A stretch of DNA of 64,000 bases, taken from positions 8,990,001 to 9,054,000 of the forward strand of contig NC_043021.1 in assembly GCF_006345805.1 (NCBI RefSeq), written 5' to 3'. The notes below the pieces were generated by a model that saw only the letters and a program-made list of their open reading frames with translations, was not told the origin of the DNA and did not search any database. Below, piece by piece: positions 28,792 to 42,907 of this stretch (positions within the stretch are counted from its first letter, which is position 1; every line of letters begins with the position of its first letter). Source of the DNA: Octopus sinensis (lineage: Eukaryota). A program made the position numbers and the translations under genes.

Positions 28792-31700
28792 CTGGAAAAT
28801 AGTGAAAGAAAAAAAAAAAAAAAAAAAAACAATCATTGGACTGTGGCCATACTGGAGTAGCATTTTCAAGTCAACCATACCAACTATACCAATACTTGTT
28901 CCAGTCTGGCTCTTGTAAACACAAACATTTTTCTTATGCTCCGATACACACAAACTCTTATATCACTAGCTGACCACGTGCCATCAATAATGACAGCTAA
29001 TTGTAGTATTTTATATATAAATAAGGTACATAATAATCACACAAATATTCACATACTTCCCTTGTACACACGCACACATATACACATACATACACAGAGC
29101 TGAAATGCTGATTCTCTTTTCACCCCTTCCTTCCTTTCTCTCACTCTCTCTCAGTCAGGGCTATTACTCTCACTACTTTTCCTTCACTGAATTACTATTT
29201 TCTCTCCTCCTCTGCGTCCAACATGATTCTGGACAAATATATATACATATACAAATATATAACCCCTTCGTTACCAATCCGGTTGAAACCGGCTCTGGCT
29301 CTGAGTACAAATGTGTTGTTTTCATAAGTTCTGTATTAATATCTTCCACCAAACCTTAGTCACAATTTATGTTCCTAACACTAGCTGAATGATAACTAAG
29401 TTATTTTACTAAATTCTTTGTTATATTTAACCCTTTTGATACCAACCTGACTGAAACCGGCTCTGGCTCTGTAGTACAAATGTCTTGTTTTCATAAGTTT
29501 TGAATTAAAATCTTCCACCAAACCTTAGTCACAATTTATGTTCCTAACACCAGCTGAATGATAACTATGTTATTTTACTAAATTCTTTGTTATATTTAAC
29601 CCTTTTGATACCAACCTGGCTGAAACCGGCTCTGGCTCTGTAGTACAAATGTCTTGTTTTCATAAGTTTTGAATTAAAATCTTCCACCAAACCTTAGTCA
29701 CAATTTATGTTCCTAACACCAGCTGAATGATAACTATGTTATTTTACTAAATTCTTTGTTATATTTAACCCTTTTGATACCAACCTGGCTGAAACCGGCT
29801 CTGGCTCTGTAGTACAAATGTCTTGTTTTCATAAGTTTTGAATTAAAATCTTCCACCAAACCTTAGTCACAATTTATATTCCTAACACTAGCTGAATGAT
29901 AACTAAGCTATTTTACTAAATTCTTTGTTATATTTAAAGTAATTGAAAGAAATACAGAGCTTCTCAAAATAAATACAGTAACGAAAGGGTTAATGTCGTT
30001 ATCCACCAATACAAAGAGAAACAATTATTAAGTTTGCAAATAAAGGGTCCCAACTCTAGTATGAAATACACACATTCAGGAATAAATTAGGACGACAATG
30101 AGGAAGGTGGAGGTGTGTGTTTGGGTGGGGGGGTGCAAATTGATCAAAACACGGAAATAATGAATAATTATGATCAGATAATGAATTCATTCATATCACT
30201 GCAACCAGCACTACCACCCCTACAGGTACCATCAGCACGACCACCCCTACAGGTATCATCAGCACGACCACCTCCACCACGACTATCACTACAGCTACTA
30301 CTATTGATGATGATAACCAATGTTAATAATGAAAATTTCTAGTTTTGGCCCAGTATATGACTGGTTTGCAATTTCACCCCAGGAGGATAGATACACAGCA
30401 TTGAACCCAGGAAGATATGAAATACGACAATAAAGATTGAATCTAGAGTCACTTACTTAATGGTAAATGATTTCACATTGGCAGAGAAAGGAGAATCACT
30501 ATCTTCGTCAGATATAGCAACCTGCAGCAGAATGGGTGAAGAGAGAGAAAAATATACAATAGATTAATATGGTGTGTGTGAGTACATATATAAATATATG
30601 TACGTGCAAGAAAATTTGCTTTTACATGATTCAAATACACGGATTACATTTTATATAAAAAGAAAAATTATAAATTACTAGCAGTATCACCCGGCGTTGC
30701 TCAGGTTTGTAAGGGAAATAACTATATAAGCATTTTTAGAGATGTAAAGTATGATAGCCATCTCAAAGGGGGGTGTTACTGTAACTTTTTACATTCTGAG
30801 ATTTAATAATACATTTTTAGAGAGTTACTTCCCTCATATAATAGCGAAAAAAATGCATTCAAATGGAAAAAAATGGTAAATTTTTTTTTAAATCGTAGAC
30901 TCATCGTAGAAGCGCGCTAATACCCAGAAGGGCTCGATATGAATCACGACTATAAGATACCCGGTTTTGGTTACACTGCACCGCAAAATGTGTGAGTAGT
31001 TAGGAATCTAAATCGTAGGAGACAGACACACAACTAGACTTTTATATATAAAGATTAGAATAACAATTGTGAAAACAAGAAACAAAAATTAAATTAAAAT
31101 TAATTGAATGCCTCTAAGACTAAAAATATTCTTTTTGAAATGAGTAGAATGGTAAACTAATAGTAATGGCAAATCTACATAAACATTCAATCCAACCATG
31201 ACATATTCTAAGGACTATGATTCGATTCACTTACCACACATCTGTAGTTATTTTTATGTATAGCTTAACAAAAGCTATACTACCACCTGAACTTCAAAAG
31301 CAGGTACCAGGATGTTCTAAACCGGATACAAGACCCTGCTCGTAAGTCGGTAACACCAGGGTTTTAGCAGAAAGTCTGTTAGTGAAAGAGGGATGCTTAC
31401 CTTTATAGATTGCTGGCTGCGGTTCTTGATAATAACTTTTGTTTTTAGTGTTTCACCCAGATGGCAGGGATAAAATGCCATAACATTTGACTTCACCTCC
31501 AAACTCGAGTTGGTGTTACTGAAAGATATCGGTGTTAAACAATTAGTAACAAACGTATGACAGAGAACATAACAGGGTATAACATTACATTATGTCCCTT
31601 TAATCATATATATATACAGTAATGCCTCCCTATACGGGTTAACCCTTTTGTTACCGTATTTCTGTTGAGATGCTCTGGGTTTCTTTCAATTACTTTAAAT

Positions 31701-33790
31701 ATAACAAAGAATTTAATAAAATAACTTAGCTGTCATTCAGCTAGTGTTAGGAACATAAATTGTGACTAAGGTTTGGTGGAAGATTTTAATTCAAAACTTA
31801 TGAAAACAAGACATTTGTACTACAGAGCCAGAGCTGGTTTCAGCCAGGTTGGTAACGAAAGGGTTAAATATAACAAGGAATTTAATAAAATAACTTAGTT
31901 ATCATTAAGCTAGTGTTAGGAACATAAATTGTGACTAAGGTTTGGTGGAAGATTTTAATTCAGAACTTATGAAAACAAGACATTTGTACTACAGAGCCAG
32001 AGCCAGTTTCAGCCGGGTTGGTAACGAAAGGGTTAATTTGTTCCCGGAGACTGCTCATAAAGCAAAAACTTATAAAGTAGAGCAATAATTTCCCATAATA
32101 ACAACACTATAAATTGTAATTTGTTCTCAGAAAAATATTTTACCAATAAAATTTATAATACTCATAAATAAATAGCAATAAGACAACAGTAGAATGTAAA
32201 AAGTATCTTATGTAAAGTAAAAAGAATGTCAATAACACTTAGATTAAGTCACCTCAAATATACAGAAACTGGATTAACCCTTTCGATACCAACCTGGCTG
32301 ACACTGCCTCTGGCTCTGTAGTACAAATGTCTTGTTTTCAAAAGTTTTGAATCAAAATTTATGTTCCTACCACTAGCTTAATGATAACTAAGCAATTTTA
32401 CTAAATTTTTTGTTATATTTAACCCATTTGATACCAACCTGGCTGAAACTGCCTCTTCTTCTGTAGTACAAATGTCTTGTTAAAAATCTTCCACAAAACC
32501 TTAGTCACAATTTATGTTCCTAACACTAGCTTAATGATAACTAGGTTATTTTATTAAATTCCTTGTTATATTTAACCCTTTTGATACCAACCTGCCTGAA
32601 ACTGCCTCTGGCTCTGTAGTACAAATGTCTTGTTTTCGTAAGTTTTGAATTAATTGAAAGAAACAAAGAGCATCTCAAAATAAATGCAGTAATGAAAGGG
32701 TTAAGCTCAAAACCAGCCATGTACCAAAGTATGTGACCAATACACAGTTTATGAGCTTCACATACAAAAACAATCATACATTTGAAAAACAAAGAAATTC
32801 CATTTGGTTTTTGAGGCTCCATTGTACTGTCTGTTGACTACTGTTGCAAATACAATAAGAATTCTTTTGAAAAAGAAAACCCAATGCAATATTTCTAAAC
32901 AATAGAAATGGTTTGTTTGGAGCAAAAAGTAACCATTTTAAAAAAAAATAATCATCATCATCATCATTTAGCATCCGCTTTCCATGCTGGCATGGGTTGG
33001 ACATCATCATCCTCATCATTTAGCGTCCACTTTCCATGCTAGCATGGGTTGGACGATTCGACTGGGGTCTGGGAAGCCAGAAGGCTGCACCAGGCCCAGT
33101 CTGATCTGGCAGTGTTTCTACAGTTAGATGCCCTTCCTAACGCCAACCACTCTGTGAGTGTAGTGGGTGCTTTTTACGTGCCAGACGGGGCTGGCAAACG
33201 GCCACGGTCGGATGGTGTTTTTTATGTACCACCGGCACAAAAAAAAAAAGAAACAAAAAATATAATTGTAAACTGCTGTGACTTACTTCAATGACGGCAT
33301 GAACATTTCTGCAGTTGAAGAGGCGATCTTTGGATTGAGGACATCGTTGTCGAGAAACTAAAGAGAAGGAATAGTTATAGATATTATAACTACAGAAATA
33401 GTACAGAACTGGAGAAAAGAACTCGTTCTAAGTTAAAAGAATCACAAACAGCTGAGGTGATAAAGGGCAAGGAGGGGGGAGTCAGGCTTTTGGAATGGTT
33501 CTCAGCCAAGTTTATTTAACTGAAATATTTGGGAAACATTATATTTAACTGAGGCTTCATAGCTTCAGAGAAGAATATATCAAAGCAGAAAAGACAGCCA
33601 ACTAAAAGTAAGGGCAAGGTGTGTATTCTCTTGGAAAGTTACATATACGCAAGAGTGGCTGTGTGGTAAGTAGCTTGCTAACCAACCACATGGTTCCAGG
33701 TTCAGTGCCTTCTGCTATAGCTCCAGGCCGACCAATGCCTTGTGAGTGGATTTGGTAGACGGAAACTGAAAGAAGCCTGTCGTATATATG

Positions 33791-33823
<33 letters not shown>

Positions 33824-36002
33824 TTGTCCCCCTAGCATTGCTTGACAACCGATGCTGGTGTGTTTACGTCCCCGTCACTTAGCGGTTCGGCAAAAGAGAC
33901 CGATAGAATAAGTACTGGGCTTACAAAGAATAAGTCCCGGGGTCGATTTGCTTGACTAAAGGCGGTGCTCCAGCATGGCTGCAGTCAAATGACAAACGAG
34001 TAAAAGAGTATACAAATAAAAATATGAAAATATGATGTAATCAATTGTTGTCCCCTCTGTGTGTAGCCCCTTGTGGGTAGTAAAGAAATAGGTTGTCTTT
34101 ACAGCCAGAGGCAAAAGACTGGGTGAGTTGGCCAATAGTAATGCAACTGGGATAAATTGTAGGAAGATGAGTGAGAGAGGAATGAGGGAGAACAAAAGCA
34201 GCGAAAGATGGGGAGGGAGAGAGAGGAAAAGGAGAAGCAAAGGAAGGAGAGAGAAAGAGAGAACGTGAGAGTGAGAGAGAGAGAACATGAGAGTGAGAGA
34301 GAACATGAGAGTGAGAGAGAGAGAAAATGTGAGAACATGAGAGTGAGAGAGAGAGGTAGAAGTTGTAAAAAGATGAGTGAGAGAAGAATGAGGGGAACGA
34401 AAGCAACGAAAGATGGGGAGGAAGAGAGAGGAAAAAGAGAAGCAAAGGAAGGAGAGAGAGAAATAAAGAGAGTGAGTGAGTGAGGAGTGAGTGAGTGAGT
34501 GAGTGAGGAGTGAGTGAGTGATGAGTGAGTGAGTGAGTGAGTGAGTGAGTGAGTGAGTGAGTGAGTGAGTGATGAGTGAGTGAGTGATGAGTGAGTGATG
34601 AGTGAGTGAGTGATGAGTGAGTGAGTGTGAGAGAGAGAGAGAGAGAGTTGTACAGTGTACTTACAGCCTGGAGTGTGAATGGGTGAGTTAAGCAAGTATC
34701 ATCAGAGGTGGAGGTGAATTTGAGGAGACAGTTTTGGTGACAGACAAAAGTACAATCCAGAAACACTTGTGGGTAAAATATTATTGGGACCTGAAAGATG
34801 AAGGAGGAGAAATATTTTAGACATTGGTGTTGAAGTCAGCATCATTATAATCGATGGAGTCACAGCAACACTCCACCAGACACTACCAGCACTAGCATCA
34901 CCACCACAACCATTATCATCATCATCATCATCACTAACACAATTATTGCTACCACAACACTCACCCAATCTGTACAACTAATAATACCACCATAACATCC
35001 ACCAGTACCATCATCACCTTCAGCAGTAGCACCACCAACAACCAACACCACCATCAACTCCCATCATCACCATCACCACCATCACCATTACCACCATCAC
35101 CACCATCACCACTACCACCATCATCACCACCACAACCACCATCATCAACACCACAACCACCATCATCAACACCACCACTACCAAAGTTCCAACTATAGCT
35201 AATGTAGTCCAATATCGTTGTAAAATAAACTTGATGGATAGGGGTGAAATGTCTTTGACAAGAGGTCTCCCAGATCAAAGCTGACCCAGGGCTAAGCAAC
35301 AACAATCTTTTCTACAGTTATCTTCCACCTTCATGAAAGGCCTGTCTGGAAGCCCCTAACCTTCTAAGTTCCTTTTACAGGGCTTAGAAAAACTGAAGGA
35401 CTGCTGCAATAAATGTGTGAATTTGGGGACATAAACAAGGCCCACCACACTCTTCTAGTGGTAGGCGTTAAGAAGGGCATCCAGCCATAGAAACCAAGCC
35501 AAAATAGACTGGACCCTGGTGCAGCTTTCTTGTCTACCAGTTTGCACCCCGCTAGCACGGATGCCAGGCCCAAAATATTTTCAGTGTTTTATGCGCAAAC
35601 CAGCTTGATGTGACCTCTCACTCCTACCCGACAATGTCCCTCTAAAAAGAAACAATCACAGCATTGAAAATCCTGAAGCTACACAATGTAATTAACACAG
35701 AACTAATTCAAAACAATGTGGAGCAATAGGAACTTCATTTGACAGAATAATCTGAATGCCAAAGGGTTAATTAAAAGCAAAATTATTTTTCTAAATTCTT
35801 CGTTATTTTCAAAAGTAACCGAAACAAAGTAGGCGCAGGAGTGGCTGTGTGGGAAGTAGCCTGTCTACCAACCACATGGTTCCAGGTTCAGTCCCACTGC
35901 GTGGCACCTTGGGCAAGTGTCTTCTACTATAGCCTCGGGCCGACCAAAGCCTTGTGAGTGGATTTGGTAGACGGAAACTGAAAGAAGCCCGTCGTATATA
36001 TG

Positions 36003-36041
<39 letters not shown>

Positions 36042-36548
36042 GTATGCGTGTGTGTGTTTGTGTGTCTGTGTTTGTCCCCCTAGCATTGGTTGACAACCGA
36101 TGCTGGTGTGTTTATGTCCCCATCACTTAGCGGTTCGGCAAAAGAGACCGATAGAATAAGTACTGGGCTTACAAAAGAATAAGTTCTGGGGTCGAGTTGC
36201 TCGATTAAAGGCGGTGCTCCAGCATGGCCGCAGTCAAATGACTGAAACAAGTAAAAGAGTAAAAGAGAGTAAAGAGTAAAGTCAGTGCATGCCAACTTAA
36301 TGATATTAATAGCCCCATCTCCACCCCTAACACACACACACACACACACACGCAATTGTTGCTTAGTTTAAGGGTCATGGATAGGAGCTACATGCTCCCA
36401 CCGTTTTTGCACACAACAGTCACTTACTTGGTAGGTCTGTCCACTGAATAGTAACCCTGACAATTCAAATATTTTGAACATATCATATGATCTCATCACA
36501 GTCGTCTTGCCTTCATTCTGCAGATAAAGCAAAAATATTATAATAATA

Positions 36549-36586
<38 letters not shown>

Positions 36587-37885
36587 GTAATCATCAAGAA
36601 ATTAAAAAAATAGTGCTCATATCCTAAGGAAAAGATTGTCTATGCGATTCCGGAAAACATTTTAATCTGTAAACATTGTCAAAATTACTTTTAACCCTTT
36701 AGTGTTTAAACCGGCCAAATCCGGCCCAATATATTCTACATGTTTTATATTCAAACTGGTGATATCTAGCCTCTCACTCCTAACCTACAATGCCATTCTA
36801 AAAATAAACAATCACATCATTGAAACCTCAAAGATATAACATAATGCATGATTAATTCAAAACAATTTGAGGGAAAAAGTATTAGATTTAACAGAGTAAT
36901 CTGAACACTAAAGGGTTAAATGTACCTAATAGCAAATACCTTTTACGGTCATCTTAATGGTCACACTACCATCTTACCATCGAATTACTTCGAGGCATTG
37001 CCCCAGCATGGTCACAGTCTAATGACAAACAAGTAAGAGATAAAGATGGTATATGCTGGCATCAGTTGTTAGTTGTCGGAGCACTGCATCCTTCAAAACT
37101 TCCATGCTTTCTGAGATTTGCCAACACTACACCTGATTTTTCTCCCCTCCATACACACACAAGCATGTATCTGACTCAAACATTGTTCGCTTCCCAGACA
37201 TTTGTACATTAGTGCATGTGCTTTATATGCACTTTCTGACAAGTTGTGGTGCACCTGAGCACTGTATACAATAATTTCATTATTATTATTATTATTATTA
37301 TAAACAATACACAAGTCTGCAATGACACCACTAAGGTTGTATAAAATTCAAATTATGTAATAAAAACATCATCATCATTAACATCCGTTTTCCATGCTGG
37401 TCTCTTTTGCCATACTGCTAAGTTACAAGGATATAAACACCTCAACATTGGTTGATAGGTGATGGTGAGAGGAAAAACACAGACACACTCATATATATAT
37501 AGGCTTCTTTCAGTTTCTGTCTATCAAATCCACTCACAAGGCTTTGGTCAGCCCGAGACTATAGTAGAAAACACTCGCCCTAGGTGCCACACAGAGGAGC
37601 TGAACCCAGAACCATGTGATTGGGAAGCAAGCTTCTTACCACACAGCCACGGCTGCCCTTATATGCTACACCTGCGCCTGTATACTCTTTTACTTGTTTC
37701 AGTCATTTGACTGCGGCCATGCTGGAGCACCGTCTTTAGTCGAGCAACTCGACCCCGGGACTTATTCTTTTTGTAAGCCGAGTACTTATTCTATCGGTCT
37801 CTTTGCCGAACCGCTAAGTGACGGGGACGTAAACACACCAGCATCGGTTGTCAAGCAATGCTAGGGGAACAAATACAGACACACA

Positions 37886-37935
<50 letters not shown>

Positions 37936-38984
37936 GACAGGCTTCTTTCAGTTTCCGTCTACCAAATCCACTCACAAGGCATTGGTCGGCCCGGGGCTAT
38001 AGCAGAAGACACTTGCCCAAGATGCCATGCAGTGGGACTGAACCCAGAACCATGTGTTTGGTTAGCAAGCTACTTACCACACAGCCACTCCTACGCCTAT
38101 GTGTATCATTGTAAAACCAGAAGCTGCAGTTTTCATCCAGGGAAAAATAAATCTTTCCATAGAGACATAGGCGTAGGAGTGGCTGTATGGTAAGTAGCTT
38201 GCTAACCAACCACATGGTTCTGGGTTCAGTCCCACTGCATGGCACCTTGGGCAAGTGTCTTCTACTATAGCCTCGGGCTGACCAAAGCCTTGTGAGTGGA
38301 TTTGGTAGACGGAAACTGAAAGAAGCCCGTCGTATATATGTATATATATATGTATGTGTATATGTTTGTGTGTCTGTGTTTGTCCCCCCAACATCGCTTG
38401 ACAACCGATGCTGGTGTGTTTACGTCCCCGTCACTTAGCAGTGCGGCAAAAGAGACCGATAGAATAAGTACTGGGCTTACAAAGAATAAGTGCCGGGGGG
38501 GGGCGAGTTGCTCGACTAAAGGCGGTGCTGCAGCATGGCCGCAGTCAACTGACTGAAACAAGTAAAAGTGTAAAAGAGTATAGGCACAAAACCAACCCTG
38601 TACACAAGTACGTGACCGATACGCAGTTCGTGAGCTTCACATGCGAAAACAATCTTACATTTGAAAAACAAGGAAATTCCATTTGGTTATCGAGGCTCCA
38701 CTGTACTGTCTGTTGACCGTTGTTGGTGATTTCCAAATAATTACCTGAAAAAAAAAATAATATACGTTTTAGGAGAGATTTACATACATACACAAACATC
38801 ACGACACACACTTCACACATACACACAGAATCATGCACAGCAGCATAAATATACAAACTTATACACACATGCATGTATACACATAGTATACACAGATCAA
38901 AACACGTGCATACATATATATACATATATATACATACATACATACAGACACAGGGAGCAACACACATTTGCAAGGTGATCAGCA

Positions 38985-39026
<42 letters not shown>

Positions 39027-39163
39027 CAGGCTCCTTTGTTTGTTTTGGCACGGCTTCTACAGCTGGATGCCCTTCCTAACATGCCAACCACTCCACAGTG
39101 TATACAGGGTGCTTTTTTATGTGGCATCAGTGCTGATATCAATTCTGATTCTGCTGTGTGTAT

Positions 39164-39195
<32 letters not shown>

Positions 39196-40352
39196 AAGGG
39201 GTACTTATACACATATATATACATATATATATATATACAAACATTAGGGTACATACAAGCCAGTTTGGAGCTTTCCTCCAGATGAAATGCGATATTGTTC
39301 TCAGTGAGAGAAACGTTAAGTTGGGGCGACATTTTAGCAACATCACAAGAATAGGGATGTAATCCTGTTCCCACTTCAATGCCAGACCGATGCAGAGTCA
39401 CTTTGTCTTTCTGGAAAGCTGAACCGTGAGAATTGAGGGTCTTGGGATATTCGGCACTAAGATTGGTTGAGGTCATAGAGCTGGAGGAAACGGTACTCTC
39501 AACATGCAGCTTGGTTGAAGAACTGCTAGATTTGGCAGTCAACAGACATTCAGAACTCAGCCTGGTCAAACTAACAGACTTAGAGGTCGCAGAACCAGCA
39601 GACAGCTTCGTTGAAGAGACAGATTTGGAGATGATAGGGCGTTCAGCACTAAGTTTGGTTGTACTGACAGACTTAGAGGTCGCAGGATGGTCGGCAGACA
39701 GTTTGGCTGAAGTGACCGGCTTGGAGGTTGCAGGATTCTTAGACGTCAGATTGGTTGAACTGTAAGATTTCGTAATCACAGAGTGTTTGCTACTCAGCTT
39801 GGTCGAACCTAGATTTGCTCGGTCGTCTGGGACATTCAGGGTTAGTGCCTGCAGTGGTGGTCGACCAGGACTAGTTTTAGGAACGACGGGGTTTGGTAAG
39901 ACATGAAGTCGCTGAAATAGAGAAAGGTTGAAATAGTAACATACTAATGACAGGAAAGAGAGTAACATAGTGAATCCAAACACAATCAACGTTAACTGGA
40001 ACAACAGCAACAACACAAGCAAAACAAAAATGTAAGATTGGCTATTTAAAGTGACTATATATTGACATATTGACTGTACAGTCATTATATGTGAATATGT
40101 GCATATGTGTACATATCATCATCTTTTAACCCTTTCGTTACTGTATTTATTTTGAGGATGTTCTGTGTTTCTTTCAATTAGTTTAAATATAACAAAGAAT
40201 TTAGTAAAATAACTTAGTTATCATTCAGCTAGTGTTAGGAACATAAATTGCAACTAAGTTTTGGTGGAAGATTTTAATTCAAAACTTATGAAAACAAGAC
40301 ATTTGTACTACAGAGCCAGAGGTGGTTTCAGCTGGGTTGCCATCAAAAGGGT

Positions 40353-40406
<54 letters not shown>

Positions 40407-40927
40407 AGGGTGAGTCAAAATGTAATGCCAATTTGTTTAGGACAGGTATAATTACCAACACAGGAACATGTATCATACATCAAAATGAAGCTGGTCCTGT
40501 GAATCACATCCCTACTTCTCAACATAGTCACTCTTTCTCTCAATAGCAATGTTCCACGTTCGAATGAGAGCATGTATCCCTGCCCCGTAAAGTTCTGATG
40601 ACTGTTCTTCGAGCCACTTCCTCATCAATGGAATCTCGAGCCCTCTTTCATGGCGCTAAAGAGATGATAGTCTGAAGACTCTAAATCTAGTGAGTGTGGA
40701 GGTAGTGAAGAAGTGGCTCAAAGAACAGTCAACAGAATTTTACGGGGCAGGGATACATACCAAACAGGCGCAGGAGTGGCTGTGTGGTAAGTAGCTTGCT
40801 TAACAACCACATGGTTCCGGGTTCAGTCCCACTGCGTGGCACCTTGGGCAAGTGTCTTCTACTATAGCCTCAGGCCGACCAAAGCCTTGTGAGTGGATTT
40901 GGTAGACGGAAACTGAAAGAAGCCCGT

Positions 40928-40960
<33 letters not shown>

Positions 40961-41581
40961 GTGCGTGTATGTCTGTGTGCCTGTGTTTGTCCTCCTAGCA
41001 TTGCTTGACAACCGATGCTGGTGTGTTTATGTCCCCCGTCAATTAGCGGTTCGGCAAAAGAGACCGATAGAATAAGTACCAGGCTTACAAAGAATAAGTC
41101 CCAGGGTCGAGTTGCTCGACTAAAGGCGGTGCTCCAGCATGGCCGCAGTCAAATGACTGAAACAAGTGAAAGAGAGAAAAGAGAGATACTCTCATTCAAA
41201 GGTGGAACATTACCATTGAGAGAAATGGTGACTATGCTGAGAAGTAGGGATGTGATCCACAGAGGATATGGTCTAACTCAATGGGATTTTCATTTTACAT
41301 TTTTACATTCTAAATTCAGTCCAGGATGCTACACTCTCCACCATTCCCCACTCTCTATTTTGTTATTTCAACAACAACAACACAACAATAATGTTATCTT
41401 ACTAAAACTTCATCTGCTGTTGTCACATAAATGTAGATTCCTTCAACACCAGGGGCTTCAGTACAGGAGACATGGACGGTTTCTACTTTACTGGAAAACA
41501 AAAAAAAAAATACATAAACATTATACAAGGGTTTCGTTTTGCAGCTGGAGAAAAATTTCTGAACAAGTGGATACTATCATT

Positions 41582-41614
<33 letters not shown>

Positions 41615-42868
41615 CTTTTCTACTATAGGCACAAGGCCTGAAATTTGGAGGGAGGGGAGTAGTCGATCACTTGTTCAACTGGTACCTATTTCATTGAAGC
41701 CCGAAAGGATAAAAAGCAAAGTTGACCCAAGGTGCCATGCAGTGGGACTGAACCCGGAACCATGTGGTTAGTAAGCAAGCTACTTACCACACAGCCACTC
41801 CTACGCCTACATTTTGAAAACTATTTTTTTTTGGCATTTCCCATCGATATCATTCATTGATACTTCATACACATTTGTTTTTAAAACTATAGTTTCAAAA
41901 ACAAATTAAATGTTTATTATTGCAATTGAATAGAAAAGGATATGCTTTTTTTTGGCTCAGTAATCCTTATTTGGGACTTTTCAAAAAATTTAACATAATT
42001 TCCAAAATAATTCACATTTTTTTTTTTTTTACTTGTTTCAGTCATTTTGACTGTGGCCATGCTGGAGCACCGCCTTTAATCGAGCAACTTGACCCCGGGA
42101 CTTATTCTTTGTAAGCTCAGTACTTATTCTATCGGTCTCTTTTGCCGAACCACTAAGTGACGGGGACGTAAACACACCAGCATCGGTTGTCAAGCAATGC
42201 TAGAGGGACAAACACAGACACAGAAACACACATACATATATATACATATATACGACGGGCTTCTTTCAGTTTCCGTCTACCAAATCCACTCACAAGGCTT
42301 TGGTCGGCCCAAGGCTATAGTAGAAGACACTTGCCCAAGGTGCCACGCAGTGGGACTGAACCCGGAACCATGTGGTTGGTAAACAAGCTATTTACCACAC
42401 AGCCACTCCTGCGCCAGTCGAAAATTTAAATACTATATAATATTTTAACTTCTAAGACACTTGGCAAAGCTAAAAAAATATGAATAAAAAAAATTTGGCA
42501 GTTAATGGGTTAAAGAAAACTTACTGGGGTCCGACATCAACTTGATTCTTGCTGACATTTAATTTATCAAGGGGCCAACGCAGCTGAAACCTGTTGAAGA
42601 CAAAATAAAGGGTTCTGCATCATCATGGTTTCTTTTAATTAGAGATAAGTTGAAAATTGTTTCTGGTTGGGATGTGGAAGAGTTCAGTTTGCTTCACAGG
42701 GGGACACAGGCAGGTGCTTGATTTTGTTAATAGAAGGGAGGGCCGATAAGGCAGGCAAGCAAATCTGAGGAAGGGAACATACACACACATTCACACACCT
42801 CCCCCATACACCCATACATCCCCCTTACACTGATACACACACACACACACTTACAGACACACACACAC

Positions 42869-42907
<39 letters not shown>

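Noticed and set aside
35340-35410. Alternative CEP192 exon candidate (ttgcag...gaag/gttagg)
   Set aside because: Weak sites, no similarity to the expected peptide, and it is not needed for frame.
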